From Candidatus Uhrbacteria bacterium (GTDB taxonomy: Bacteria > Patescibacteriota > Patescibacteriia > UBA9934): 64,000 nt of DNA. The position numbers and the translations under genes are program-made. Each line of letters starts with the position of its first letter. Positions within the stretch are counted from its first letter, which is position 1. The notes under the pieces are model-generated. The model was given only the letters and a program-made list of their open reading frames with translations. It made no database searches and was not told the DNA's origin. Positions 55,472-64,000 of this stretch are shown here, piece by piece. The stretch is taken from positions 7,294-71,293 of the forward strand of contig JABJOE010000006.1 of assembly GCA_018664485.1 (NCBI GenBank). Direction: 5' to 3'.

Positions 55472-55875
55472 TTATTTTCATCAATCCAAGCCTGAAGCAA
55501 AATCATGGCAGCTAAAGAATCCTCATCTGCAAGTGCACCTTCTTCTTTTTGTAAACGTTGAGCTTCACGGGAAGTGTGACTCTCATCTATCTCGTGAATT
55601 TCAATAGAAAGACGATCAGCGAGATCATCAATAAATGCTCGAATTTCTTTTAGCTGGTCGCCAGAATGAAATGAACCGACAGCTAACGGCACACCGACAA
55701 CTAGCAACTCAGGCTCTTCTTGTGCAACCATTTTTTCAACTACATCCGATGGTGACTGACCGTCAGCAACATAAACAACCTCAAGAGGTGCAGCGACCCT
55801 GCTTTGTTTATCACCAAGAGCAAAACCAATCTTTGCTCGTCCATAATCAACACCCATTATTCGCATACTATTCAA
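55468..55875 (-). CDS. ruvX: Holliday-junction resolvase-like RNase RuvX/YqgF.
   Basis: 135 aa. MRIMGVDYGRAKIGFALGD... RNase-H-like N-terminus. Confidence 0.85.
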   Translation of the reverse strand: MNSMRIMGVDYGRAKIGFALGDKQSRVAAPLEVVYVADGQSPSDVVEKMVAQEEPELLVVGVPLAVGSFHSGDQLKEIRAFIDDLADRLSIEIHEIDESHTSREAQRLQKEEGALADEDSLAAMILLQAWIDENK

Positions 55876-56332
55876 CCGTTATCTCATCGCTTATCTCACT
55901 CGGAAAAGAAACGAATGATGGCCGAACTACCTCACCATTTACGGACACTGGCAGGTCATCTTCAATGTCGAAAACTTGATCACCATTATCAACATGTAGA
56001 AGTGTAATGTAGCGCCACCCCTTTGTCATCTCTTCATCTAGATTGATTACCATATCGTCATAAGCGCCAGCCTCAAGATACTCAGACACACCAACGACTT
56101 CCGCTGGAGCTCCGCTCATAGAAAAGTGAACAGTAATCCAACCCGGCTCTGAAAGTTCTGCATCGAGAGTTACCGTTTCTGTAGCATCCTGATCTTCAAC
56201 AAGGATCGAACCCCCATCAAGATCTACCGGCTTATAACCGATTTGTGGAGCTGATTTCGAAAATGCGAAGTAGGCTGCGAGCAGGATAAGGATCGCTACT
56301 ACTCCGATAACTGATAAGACATCTTTTTTCAT
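55868..56332 (-). CDS. Hypothetical membrane-anchored acidic protein.
   Basis: 154 aa. N-terminal TM VIGVVAILILLAAYFAF. 8-nt overlap with ruvX. Confidence 0.5.
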   Translation of the reverse strand: MKKDVLSVIGVVAILILLAAYFAFSKSAPQIGYKPVDLDGGSILVEDQDATETVTLDAELSEPGWITVHFSMSGAPAEVVGVSEYLEAGAYDDMVINLDEEMTKGWRYITLLHVDNGDQVFDIEDDLPVSVNGEVVRPSFVSFPSEISDEITVE

Positions 56333-56370
56333 ATTTTGATGGTAATCTTTTACAGATATATTCTATCACG

Positions 56371-56400
56371 AATAAAAAAATGGCTAAAATAAGCCATCTT
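56371..56400 (-). terminator. Rho-independent terminator after map.
   Basis: atggc-ttatttta-gccat hairpin followed by TTTTTTT on the minus strand. Confidence 0.55.
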
Positions 56401-56411
56401 TTCATCTAACT

Positions 56412-57194
56412 TTAAATTCCAACTTCGGGTTGTGGTGTTAGAATCTCGGGACCATTCTTGGTTACCGCAAGAGTTACCTCGAAATGACCAGCATCTGAAC
56501 CATCCTCTGTAACGATGGTCCAACCGTCATCCGCTGTTTCAATCTCATGAGTTCCCGTTGTAAGCATCGGCTCAATAGCCAAACACATCCCCTCTTTGAT
56601 TTTCACCTTTGGAAATGACCCACCTCTGAAGTTCGGAACATGTGGCTTTTCATGAACCTTATGGCCAACACCGTGACCAACAAGCGCGCGAACGATTCCA
56701 TAAGTCTTCATATCGATGGCGTCCTCCACAGCTCCTGAAATATCTGAGATCATATTACCAGCCTTGGCATTTTCGACACCGGCATACATAGAATCACGCG
56801 TTGCGCGCAATAGCGCCATACGTTCCTTTGAAATATTCCCGATAGGAATTGTAACAGCCATATCTGTACACAGATCCTTGTACCAACAACCAATATCTAG
56901 CCCCAAAATGTCTCCATCTTCGAGAACAATATCTCGGCTGCCGACACCGTGAACCACCTCATCATTTTTTGATATACAAACAGTTGATGGGAATGGGATA
57001 TCACCCCCACCCTTATACCCCTTAAAAGATGGCGTACCTCCCCCTTCTTCAATTACGCTGGTTGCTATCTCATCCAAATGACGCATAGTCACACCAGGTT
57101 TTGCTACGTCTACCGCAGCTTGCAAGGCACGCGAAAGCAATGCACCACCTTGGCGCATTATCTCTATTTCATCCTCTGTTTTAATCAAGGCCAT
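56412..57194 (-). CDS. map: Methionine aminopeptidase type I.
   Basis: 260 aa. ...FPSTVCISKNDEVVHGV..., metal ligands D...D...H...E...E. Confidence 0.9.
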   Translation of the reverse strand: MALIKTEDEIEIMRQGGALLSRALQAAVDVAKPGVTMRHLDEIATSVIEEGGGTPSFKGYKGGGDIPFPSTVCISKNDEVVHGVGSRDIVLEDGDILGLDIGCWYKDLCTDMAVTIPIGNISKERMALLRATRDSMYAGVENAKAGNMISDISGAVEDAIDMKTYGIVRALVGHGVGHKVHEKPHVPNFRGGSFPKVKIKEGMCLAIEPMLTTGTHEIETADDGWTIVTEDGSDAGHFEVTLAVTKNGPEILTPQPEVGI

Positions 57195-57196
57195 AT

Positions 57197-57748
57197 CTAA
57201 AGTCCTAGGGCGTTGTTAATATTTTCTGAAATTTCTTCGATCGTACCAATACCATCAATATCATGCACGACGCCACTGTCACGATAAGAATCAATGATCG
57301 GCTTTGTTTCACCCTCGTAAATATCTAAACGTCTGTTGATAGCCTCAGGCGTATCATCCACACGTTGTTCCACCTTAGCTCGCTCCAAAATACGGTTCAC
57401 TGACTCCTCTCGTGGAACGGTGATGATCAACATAGCCGTTGGCTGATCAAAGGTTTTGTACGTCTCGTTCTGCGCCGCATTTCTTGGATACCCATCTAAA
57501 ATATATCCGTCCTTTGCATCTTCCTGGTCGAGTCTTTGCTTCAACACTTCCAGAGCCGTTTCATCAGGAACCAACTCACCACGATCGATGATGCCACCAA
57601 TTGTTTTTCCGAGTTCAGAGCCACCACTTTTAACTTCTCGAAGAAGCTGTCCCATTGAGAGTGCTGGAATCCCTAATTTGTCTGCGAGGATATTTGCCTG
57701 TGTTCCTTTTCCGCTTCCCTGTGGTCCTAGAATTAAGATCTTATGCAT
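57197..57748 (-). CDS. adk: Adenylate kinase (short form).
   Basis: 183 aa. P-loop ILILGPQGSGKGTQA. No Zn-lid cysteines. Confidence 0.9.
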   Translation of the reverse strand: MHKILILGPQGSGKGTQANILADKLGIPALSMGQLLREVKSGGSELGKTIGGIIDRGELVPDETALEVLKQRLDQEDAKDGYILDGYPRNAAQNETYKTFDQPTAMLIITVPREESVNRILERAKVEQRVDDTPEAINRRLDIYEGETKPIIDSYRDSGVVHDIDGIGTIEEISENINNALGL

Positions 57749-57750
57749 AT

Positions 57751-57978
57751 TTAAAATATCTTTGATAATAGACTCTTTACAGCTCCGTCACTAATCAGTC
57801 CGGCGTTTGCAAGATCTCGTAACATCTCTTTTGTATGAGCTTCACTTAATCCACTATGTTTCTCTTGTAGAACCCTCAGAGCAGCGCTCACGAGGTCTCT
57901 TTTTGCGCCAGAGACATAAGAAACACGCCCAGTGAGTTCGCGAATTTGATATTCAGTTAGTTTTTGTTTTTCACTCAT
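57751..57978 (-). CDS. Hypothetical small protein (75 aa) inserted between secY and adk.
   Basis: Reading frame is tightly packed, 2 nt before adk. Helical and basic. No recognisable family, and it is not L36 or IF-1. Confidence 0.4.
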   Translation of the reverse strand: MSEKQKLTEYQIRELTGRVSYVSGAKRDLVSAALRVLQEKHSGLSEAHTKEMLRDLANAGLISDGAVKSLLSKIF

Positions 57979-58015
57979 ACCGTGTCTAGAGTACCGTTGA
58001 TTACCCTTTTCTGCA

Positions 58016-58046
58016 ACTAAAAGACCCGCCTTATGGCGAGTCTTTT
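58016..58046 (-). terminator. Hairpin terminator after secY.
   Basis: gactcgcc-ataa-ggcgggtc stem with one G·U, followed by TTTTAG on the minus strand. A stronger T-run lies on the opposite strand. Confidence 0.45.
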
Positions 58047-58062
58047 TATTTGGAAATTTTAA

Positions 58063-59355
58063 CTAAATCTCGTAATTTCGCATTGCAACCTGAGCTTCGA
58101 TCTGTTTCACCATATCGATTAACACAGCAACTACGATCAAGATTGACGCTCCTCCAACTGCTAGATTCGGGCTTCCAGTAGCTGCCTGCACAAAGAGTGG
58201 AAGAACAGCGATAATCGACAGGAACAGCGCTCCACCAAGCAGAATACGGTTTCGCAACCATTCCAAATAGCTCTGAGTCTGCTCACCCGGTCGAACACCT
58301 GGAATGAATCCACCCTGCTTCTGCAGATTCTCGGCAACCTGGTCAGGCCGGAAAATGATAGCTGCGTAGAAGAATGTGAAAGAAAATACTAGTAGGAAGA
58401 ACACTACTCCGTAGAACAGGTTATCAGCAAAGATAACGATCACCCAGTTAGCAGCCTTCTGCACTATCTCTGAGCGAGCATCTGCGAAGAACTGAGCTAG
58501 AAGTGGTGGGAATACAATAATTGAAATAGCGAAGATGATCGGAATCATTCCACCCATATTCACTCGCAATGGCAGATGTGACTGTACCTTTTGACTAGTA
58601 CCACCACGAATTCCACGAGCATACTGAACAGGAACGTTTCGCTGACCCTCATTAATCACAACCACCGCAACCACTGTAACGAGTGTCAGAGCTACGTACA
58701 TAATTACGTTGAATAGCTCCGCAGAAGTATAAGTAGCGATGATCTGCTGAACAACAGTAGGAAGTCCAGAGATAATTCCAGCCAAAATGATAACAGAGAT
58801 TCCGTTTCCTACACCCTTTTCAGAGATAAGTTCACCGAGCCACATAAGGAACATTGTTCCAGCCATCATTGATAGAAGTGCTGCCAGGAGGGAAAATCCA
58901 CCCAGATCAAATCCTGTAGACAAGTGACCTCCCTGCTGTTGGATAATAGTAATAAGCCCGTATCCTTGCACAAGTGCGAGAGGAGCCGTAGCATATCGCG
59001 TCCATCGATTGATTTTTTCACGTCCAGTAGCTTCCTTTTGCATCTCTTCAACCTGCGGGAAAATCATTCCCAACAACTGAAAAGTAATTGATGCCGTAAT
59101 GTATGGAGCTACACCGATAGCAACTAGTGAGAAGCTCTCAAGCGTTCCACCGGAAAATACATTAAGGAGTCCAAGGAACTGATTTGAATCCAGGAAAGTC
59201 GCAAGACCCGTCGGATCAATTCCAGGAACCGTAATATGAGCTGCTACACGAAAAACAGTAATCATCGCCATTAGAAATAGCAAACTGTTACGTAGCTCTT
59301 TAATTCGCCAAATGCTTAGGAATTTTTCCCACATATTATGCTTCGATTGTACCAC
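58063..59355 (-). CDS. secY: Preprotein translocase SecY.
   Basis: 430 aa, 10 TM helices. ...GGTLESFSLVAIGVAPYITASI... plug/TM2 region. Confidence 0.9.
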   Translation of the reverse strand: MVQSKHNMWEKFLSIWRIKELRNSLLFLMAMITVFRVAAHITVPGIDPTGLATFLDSNQFLGLLNVFSGGTLESFSLVAIGVAPYITASITFQLLGMIFPQVEEMQKEATGREKINRWTRYATAPLALVQGYGLITIIQQQGGHLSTGFDLGGFSLLAALLSMMAGTMFLMWLGELISEKGVGNGISVIILAGIISGLPTVVQQIIATYTSAELFNVIMYVALTLVTVVAVVVINEGQRNVPVQYARGIRGGTSQKVQSHLPLRVNMGGMIPIIFAISIIVFPPLLAQFFADARSEIVQKAANWVIVIFADNLFYGVVFFLLVFSFTFFYAAIIFRPDQVAENLQKQGGFIPGVRPGEQTQSYLEWLRNRILLGGALFLSIIAVLPLFVQAATGSPNLAVGGASILIVVAVLIDMVKQIEAQVAMRNYEI

Positions 59356-59773
59356 CTGCGGCAGTAATCTTCTCAGCGGCTGACTTTGATACTGAACATC
59401 CTTTTACGGAAACAGTAATTGAGATCTCCCCTTCTCCCAAAATCTTAGCCCCCTTGAGGATAGTTGGGATAAGTCCCTTTTGCTTAAGCGTTCGAGGTGA
59501 AACCACCTCATCTTTAATATAATTTTCAGCAATAACACCAACATTTACCGTTTCAGCTTCTACATGTGGTGATTTGAATCCACGCAATTTAGGCGTAGAA
59601 AGAATCAAACGTCGAAGTCCACGGCGCTTGAATCCAGATGATCCAGAACGAGACTTCTGACCTTTTTGACCACGACCAGAGGTAGTCCCGCGAGATGCCA
59701 AACCACGACCAAGGCGTTTTTTTCCTTTCGCTCTACCCTTTGATGGAGTTAGGTTGTCCAATGAAATTGACAT
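59336..59773 (-). CDS. rplO: 50S ribosomal protein L15.
   Basis: 145 aa. ...GRGLASRGTTSGRGQKGQKSRSG... Confidence 0.9.
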   Translation of the reverse strand: MSISLDNLTPSKGRAKGKKRLGRGLASRGTTSGRGQKGQKSRSGSSGFKRRGLRRLILSTPKLRGFKSPHVEAETVNVGVIAENYIKDEVVSPRTLKQKGLIPTILKGAKILGEGEISITVSVKGCSVSKSAAEKITAAGGTIEA

Positions 59774-59776
59774 AGG

Positions 59777-60388
59777 CTATGCAGCTTGTTTTTCTTTGGT
59801 TTCAGTTTTCTTTGGTACCTCTTTCTTTTCATCCTTTTTCTTCCCAGTACCTTTCTTTGCCTCTACCTCTTTAACACTCTTAAGAGTTCGCAATGCAGCA
59901 AATGTTGCTTTTGCATTGTTGATCTTGTTACTTGATCCAAGAATCTTAGTAACAGCGTTTGGAACTCCACCAAGCTCTAGCACCATACGTACAGCTCCAC
60001 CAGACTTAAGTCCTGTACCCTTTGGAGCAGGCTTCAAGATGATCTTAGCAGCTCCGAACTTCATACGAACCTCGTGTGGAACAGTCTCTTCGATCAAAGG
60101 GATGTGAACCAAGTTCTTTTTTGCCTTTCGGAACGCTTTTTCAATTGACATAGCAACGTCAGCCCCTTTGGCAACGCCCATACCAACACGCCCTTTACGG
60201 TCACCAATAATCAAACAAGTTCGGAATCGCATTCGCTTTCCACCCTTTGTAACACGTGTAACTCGAGCCAACTCCAAAATCTTCTGCTCGAACTCTCGTG
60301 GTTCTCGCTTCTGATCTCGGCGTCGACCACGACCACGTGGCTTACGCATCTGACCTTTATTAGAGCTATTTTGTTGATCGTTATTCAT
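59777..60388 (-). CDS. rpsE: 30S ribosomal protein S5 (with N- and C-terminal Lys-rich extensions).
   Basis: 203 aa. ...VTRVTKGGKRMRFRTCLIIGDRKGRVGMGVAKGADVAMSIEKA... Directly adjacent to L15, with no L30 gene between. Confidence 0.9.
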   Translation of the reverse strand: MNNDQQNSSNKGQMRKPRGRGRRRDQKREPREFEQKILELARVTRVTKGGKRMRFRTCLIIGDRKGRVGMGVAKGADVAMSIEKAFRKAKKNLVHIPLIEETVPHEVRMKFGAAKIILKPAPKGTGLKSGGAVRMVLELGGVPNAVTKILGSSNKINNAKATFAALRTLKSVKEVEAKKGTGKKKDEKKEVPKKTETKEKQAA

Positions 60389-60391
60389 ATA

Positions 60392-60751
60392 CTAAAACTT
60401 CAAACCTCCTTCACGAGCAGCTTCGGCAAGAGCCTTAACACGACCATGATAAAGGTATGGACCGCGATCAAACACAACCACCGTTACTCCAGCAGCTTGT
60501 GCTTTCTTAGCAATATCAGCCCCAACAAGTGCCGCTACCTCTACAGGCTTCTTTCCGGCAGCGTCAACATGGCTGTCAGATGTAGCTACAAGTGTTTTTC
60601 CGGCAACGTCATCAATCATCTGAACTGAAATATGACGCAAAGAACGGTGCACAGACAAGCGAGGTCGCTCTGCTGTACCCTGTACCTTCATTCGCACTCG
60701 CTTTGCCCGTCGCTTCAAGCGCTCGTTTTTATCTTTCATTTTATCAGACAT
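60392..60751 (-). CDS. rplR: 50S ribosomal protein L18.
   Basis: 119 aa. ...[18 protein letters not shown]... Confidence 0.9.
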   Translation of the reverse strand: MSDKMKDKNERLKRRAKRVRMKVQGTAERPRLSVHRSLRHISVQMIDDVAGKTLVATSDSHVDAAGKKPVEVAALVGADIAKKAQAAGVTVVVFDRGPYLYHGRVKALAEAAREGGLKF

Positions 60752-60754
60752 ATA

Positions 60755-61303
60755 CTATTCGGTCTTTGCAGCCTTACCTGCCTTTCGGCGGATGACTTCA
60801 TCGGTGTATCGGAAACCTTTACCCTTGTATGGTTCCGGCTTCTTAAACGCCCGAATCTCTGCCGATGTTTGACCAACACGCTGTCGATCGATACCGGAAA
60901 TAGTCAAAATATTGTTTTCAATTGTTGCAACGATACCCTCTGGAAGGTTGTATTCAATTTCGTGTGAAAATCCTAATCGCATTTTCAACAACGATCCCTT
61001 AACTTCCATCTTGAATCCAACTCCATTGAGTTCTAAAGACTTAGACCAACCAGTTGTCACACCAGCAATCATGTTAGTAAGCAATGCACGGGTAGTCCCC
61101 CACATAGCTGACTGCTCTTCAGTTTCAATAGTAACTGCGAGAACATCTGCTCCCTCATCCGTTTTTCGTTGTTCTGCAACAACACCAGAGACAAGCTTCA
61201 TTGATAGCTCACCCTTTGGTCCTTTGATAGCAACATCACCACCGTCGATGGTAACAATCACTCCTTCAGGAACGGGAATAAGTGTCTTTCCAATACGAGA
61301 CAT
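60755..61303 (-). CDS. rplF: 50S ribosomal protein L6.
   Basis: 182 aa. MSRIGKTLIPVPEGV... Confidence 0.9.
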   Translation of the reverse strand: MSRIGKTLIPVPEGVIVTIDGGDVAIKGPKGELSMKLVSGVVAEQRKTDEGADVLAVTIETEEQSAMWGTTRALLTNMIAGVTTGWSKSLELNGVGFKMEVKGSLLKMRLGFSHEIEYNLPEGIVATIENNILTISGIDRQRVGQTSAEIRAFKKPEPYKGKGFRYTDEVIRRKAGKAAKTE

Positions 61304-61304
61304 A

Positions 61305-61697
61305 CTAGAAAATTTCGCAAATTACTTCTCCGCCTAAACGGCGCTTTCGTGCCTCACGATTAGTCATCAAGCCATTTGGTGTGGAAATTACAGCCATACC
61401 AAGACCAGATTGCACGCGTGGCAAAGAGTCTGTTTTCACATAGACACGGCGTCCAGGTGTACTAACTCGTTTTATCGAGCTAATCTTATTTCTTCCATCT
61501 TCATAATTAAGCACAACGCGAATCAGCGATCGTTTCGCTTCTTCAACGAGCTCAACTACTCCGACGTACCCCTCTTTCTCGAAGATTTTTGCCAAAGCAA
61601 ACTTTACCTTCGACATTGGGATGTCGACTGTTGTTTTCTTGACCATACCCGCATTACGGATTCTGGTCAGCATGTCTGATATTGGATCTGTCATCAT
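61305..61697 (-). CDS. rpsH: 30S ribosomal protein S8.
   Basis: Starts MMTDPISDMLTRIRNA. The track ORF extends upstream into S14, so the start was trimmed to the conserved Met. Confidence 0.9.
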   Translation of the reverse strand: MMTDPISDMLTRIRNAGMVKKTTVDIPMSKVKFALAKIFEKEGYVGVVELVEEAKRSLIRVVLNYEDGRNKISSIKRVSTPGRRVYVKTDSLPRVQSGLGMAVISTPNGLMTNREARKRRLGGEVICEIF

Positions 61698-61698
61698 A

Positions 61699-61884
61699 CT
61701 ACCAACTTGCTTTTCGAATACCTGGAATTTCGCCTTTGTTTGCCAACTCTCGGAAACAGATTCGGCACAAGCCAAATGCTCTCATGAAGTAACGGTTACG
61801 ACCGCACTTCCAACAGCGATTGACCTGTCGGCTCATAAACTTAGGCGTCTTCTTTGACTTAGCGATTTGATTTGTTGTCGCCAT
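61699..61884 (-). CDS. rpsN: 30S ribosomal protein S14, type Z (Zn-ribbon, 61 aa).
   Basis: [24 protein letters not shown]-x2-C...C-x2-C. Confidence 0.9.
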   Translation of the reverse strand: MATTNQIAKSKKTPKFMSRQVNRCWKCGRNRYFMRAFGLCRICFRELANKGEIPGIRKASW

Positions 61885-61890
61885 ACGAAA

Positions 61891-62427
61891 TTATTTCGTG
61901 AATGGGAAACCGAGCCCCTTAAATAGGGTCAGTCCTTCCTCACGAGAATTTGTTGTTGTGGTTATAACAACCTGTAAACCGTGAAGTGATTCGACCTCGT
62001 TAGCATTGATCTCCGGAAAGGCCGTGTGTTCTTTGAATCCATAGTTGAAGTTTCCGCTTCGATCAATGGACTTTTCACTAATTCCACGGAAGTCGCGGAT
62101 ACGAGGAAAAGCCACATTCACCAATCGGTCAATAAACTCCCACATTCGCTCACCACGAAGAGTCACCATACATCCAACGACAAGATCTTCTCGGATCTTG
62201 AATCCAGCGATAGACTTTCGTGCTTTTGTACGAACAGGCTTCTGTCCTGAAATACGTGTAAGCGTATCTTCGATCACTTCGATGAACTTTGCATCACGCT
62301 TACTTGAGAGGCCTACGTTTAACGTAACCTTCTCGATATGAGCGGCTTGCAAGTCATTCTTGTGACCGTACTGCTCCTTTAGAGCAGCTAGCACAGTCGA
62401 TTTATATGTTTCTTTCAACATCGGCAT
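61891..62427 (-). CDS. rplE: 50S ribosomal protein L5.
   Basis: 178 aa. MPMLKETYKS...KVTLNVGLS... Confidence 0.9.
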   Translation of the reverse strand: MPMLKETYKSTVLAALKEQYGHKNDLQAAHIEKVTLNVGLSSKRDAKFIEVIEDTLTRISGQKPVRTKARKSIAGFKIREDLVVGCMVTLRGERMWEFIDRLVNVAFPRIRDFRGISEKSIDRSGNFNYGFKEHTAFPEINANEVESLHGLQVVITTTTNSREEGLTLFKGLGFPFTK

Positions 62428-62428
62428 A

Positions 62429-62749
62429 TTAAACGTCTAAATCTTCAGTACCTTTTTTGGTTTTTAGAATACGGACTTTTGTACGCTTTCCGTCTTTGTC
62501 GATAAACTTGTATCCAACACGTCCCTCTCCAGTCTTTCCGACTACTCGGACATTGGATGCATTGATAGGTGCTGTGAATTCAACACGCTGTCCTGGCTGA
62601 CCACCTTTTTTCTTCAGGTGCTTAACAGCCTTGTTTACATTTTCAACGACAATTTTACCAACCTTTGGAAAGACCTGTAAAACCTTACCGGTTTTACCCT
62701 TATCTTTACCAGCGGTTACACGTACATTGTCTCCAGCTTTTATCTTCAT
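62429..62749 (-). CDS. rplX: 50S ribosomal protein L24.
   Basis: 106 aa. MKIKAGDNVRVTAGKDKGKTGKV... KOW motif. Confidence 0.9.
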   Translation of the reverse strand: MKIKAGDNVRVTAGKDKGKTGKVLQVFPKVGKIVVENVNKAVKHLKKKGGQPGQRVEFTAPINASNVRVVGKTGEGRVGYKFIDKDGKRTKVRILKTKKGTEDLDV

Positions 62750-62750
62750 A

Positions 62751-63122
62751 CTAAAGTACTTCAGGTGCTAGTGAAACAATTTTCGGATACCCCGCTTCTC
62801 GGAGCTCACGTGGAACCGGTCCAAAGATACGTGTTCCTTTTGGTTCCTTGTTTTCACGGTTGATAATTACGCCGGCATTTTCGCTGAAACGAATGTAAGA
62901 ACCGTCCTTTCGACGCATTTCCTTATTCGAACGAACAATAACAACGTGTACGATGTCACTCTTCTTCACATTACTGTGTGGAACAGCTTCCTTAACAACA
63001 GCAGTAACAACGTCTCCAATACGTGCATAACGTTTCTTGTAACCACCAAGAACACGGATGACCTGCATTTTTTTGGCCCCGGTGTTATCGGCAGAAAGCA
63101 TCATTGATCGATGTTGTAGCAT
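62751..63122 (-). CDS. rplN: 50S ribosomal protein L14.
   Basis: 123 aa. ...[18 protein letters not shown]... Confidence 0.9.
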   Translation of the reverse strand: MLQHRSMMLSADNTGAKKMQVIRVLGGYKKRYARIGDVVTAVVKEAVPHSNVKKSDIVHVVIVRSNKEMRRKDGSYIRFSENAGVIINRENKEPKGTRIFGPVPRELREAGYPKIVSLAPEVL

Positions 63123-63123
63123 A

Positions 63124-63381
63124 CTATGATTGCTTAGTTACAATACGCCATGTCTTTCCCTTTGAAATTGGGCGAGTTTCTTCAATCGTAACCTTATCAC
63201 CAGTTTTTGCCTGATTTTCCGGATCATGAGCCTTAAACTTCTTGCTCTTCGTGAAACGCTTTAGGTACTTTGAGTGCACCACAGTGTTATCAACACGAAC
63301 AACAACCGTCTTGTCCATTTTATCGGACACTACGACACCAATCAGTCGTCGGCGTTTAGATTGTTTCTTCTGATCAGACAT
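63124..63381 (-). CDS. rpsQ: 30S ribosomal protein S17.
   Basis: 85 aa. ...[20 protein letters not shown]... Confidence 0.9.
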   Translation of the reverse strand: MSDQKKQSKRRRLIGVVVSDKMDKTVVVRVDNTVVHSKYLKRFTKSKKFKAHDPENQAKTGDKVTIEETRPISKGKTWRIVTKQS

Positions 63382-63386
63382 ATAGT

Positions 63387-63602
63387 TTATTCAGTAACCT
63401 TAGCAGGTGCTTCGGCGTTTGAAAGCTGTGAGATACGTGTCATAAGTTGCGCAATGCGCTTACGAGTAACACGAACCTGTCTAACTTCCTTGAGCTGATT
63501 GACGGAAATCTTTAATCGCAAATCATAAAGCTTCGCCTTTTCTTCTGAAAGCATCTTTCCGAGCTCGGTAACGCTCTTTTTGTTCAAATCTTTAAACAAC
63601 AT
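63387..63602 (-). CDS. rpmC: 50S ribosomal protein L29.
   Basis: 71 aa. ...[26 protein letters not shown]... Confidence 0.85.
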   Translation of the reverse strand: MLFKDLNKKSVTELGKMLSEEKAKLYDLRLKISVNQLKEVRQVRVTRKRIAQLMTRISQLSNAEAPAKVTE

Positions 63603-63605
63603 AGG

Positions 63606-64000
63606 CTAGATGCGCTTTATGAACTTCGTTTTAAGCGGAAGCTTGTGCATCGCAAGGCGGAAAGCCTCTCGAGCCTGCTCTTCCGTTACACCGTCTATTT
63701 CAAACATGACAGTTCCAGCACGTACAGGTGTCATGAAGTAATCAACTCCACCTTTACCCTTACCCATCGGAGCTTCAGCACCGTGACTTGTAATAGGGTG
63801 ATCGGGGAAAATACGGATCCAAATCTTACCACCACGCTTTACGTAACGAGTCATCGCACGACGCGCTGCCTCAATCTGACGTGACGTAATCCATGATTCC
63901 GTCATCGCCTTTAATCCGTAAGTACCAAAACATATCGTCGTCTTAGAAGTCGCAATGCGATCTCCTTTTGTGCGACGTTTATGCCACTTTCGAAATTTCA
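63606..64000 (-). CDS. rplP: 50S ribosomal protein L16 (partial; the N-terminus runs past the window end).
   Basis: Reverse-complement translation to the window edge reads [66 protein letters not shown]..., the L16 signature. The track ORF 63606..63905 is only the part from an internal Met. Confidence 0.85.
   Translation of the reverse strand, partial: KFRKWHKRRTKGDRIATSKTTICFGTYGLKAMTESWITSRQIEAARRAMTRYVKRGGKIWIRIFPDHPITSHGAEAPMGKGKGGVDYFMTPVRAGTVMFEIDGVTEEQAREAFRLAMHKLPLKTKFIKRI

Overview
The window looks like a low-GC bacterial genome with several CPR/Patescibacteria-like hallmarks (Candidate Phyla Radiation; lineage is an inference). By eye it is roughly low-40s % GC and almost fully coding. 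In the streamlined ribosomal operon, S5 is directly followed by L15 with no L30 between them, and S14 is the 61-aa Zn-ribbon type. The Rel and AspRS enzymes are shortened forms, and there are giant surface proteins. The standard genetic code fits all long ORFs.

The window starts inside a minus-strand division and envelope cluster: ftsZ (partial), ftsA, dgkA-like, ybeY. The most unusual locus follows at 3.1-18.3 kb on the same strand. It holds three tandem membrane-anchored proteins with thrombospondin-type-3-like Ca-binding repeats. After them come two paralogous adhesin-like giants of 3450 aa and 631 aa. Both giants share the same N-terminal module: a signal peptide, a two-helix membrane hairpin reminiscent of VirB2/TrbC pilins, and a Gly-Ser linker. 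The 3450-aa protein also carries bacterial Ig-like and IPT/TIG domains, dozens of Myxococcus-type Cys-rich repeats, and a vWA domain with an intact MIDAS motif.

A housekeeping stretch follows: Nudix hydrolase, GatB/YqeY, rpsU, hisS, lepB, an LCP protein, der, pth, dprA, folC, topA, rel, parAB, malic enzyme, scpAB, a D,D-carboxypeptidase, glmS, aspS, recO, ruvX, map, adk.

A compositionally distinct mosaic island lies at about 43.9-47.85 kb. It contains orphan genes that are GC-rich by eye, an AT-rich GIY-YIG/zinc-ribbon pair, and a three-gene tRNA cluster (initiator tRNA-fMet, tRNA-Leu-CAA, tRNA-Met-CAU) with near-consensus divergent promoters.

The window ends in the spc/S10-type ribosomal operon, minus strand, secY back to a partial rplP.

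I found no CRISPR array, no rRNA, and no transposase or integrase.
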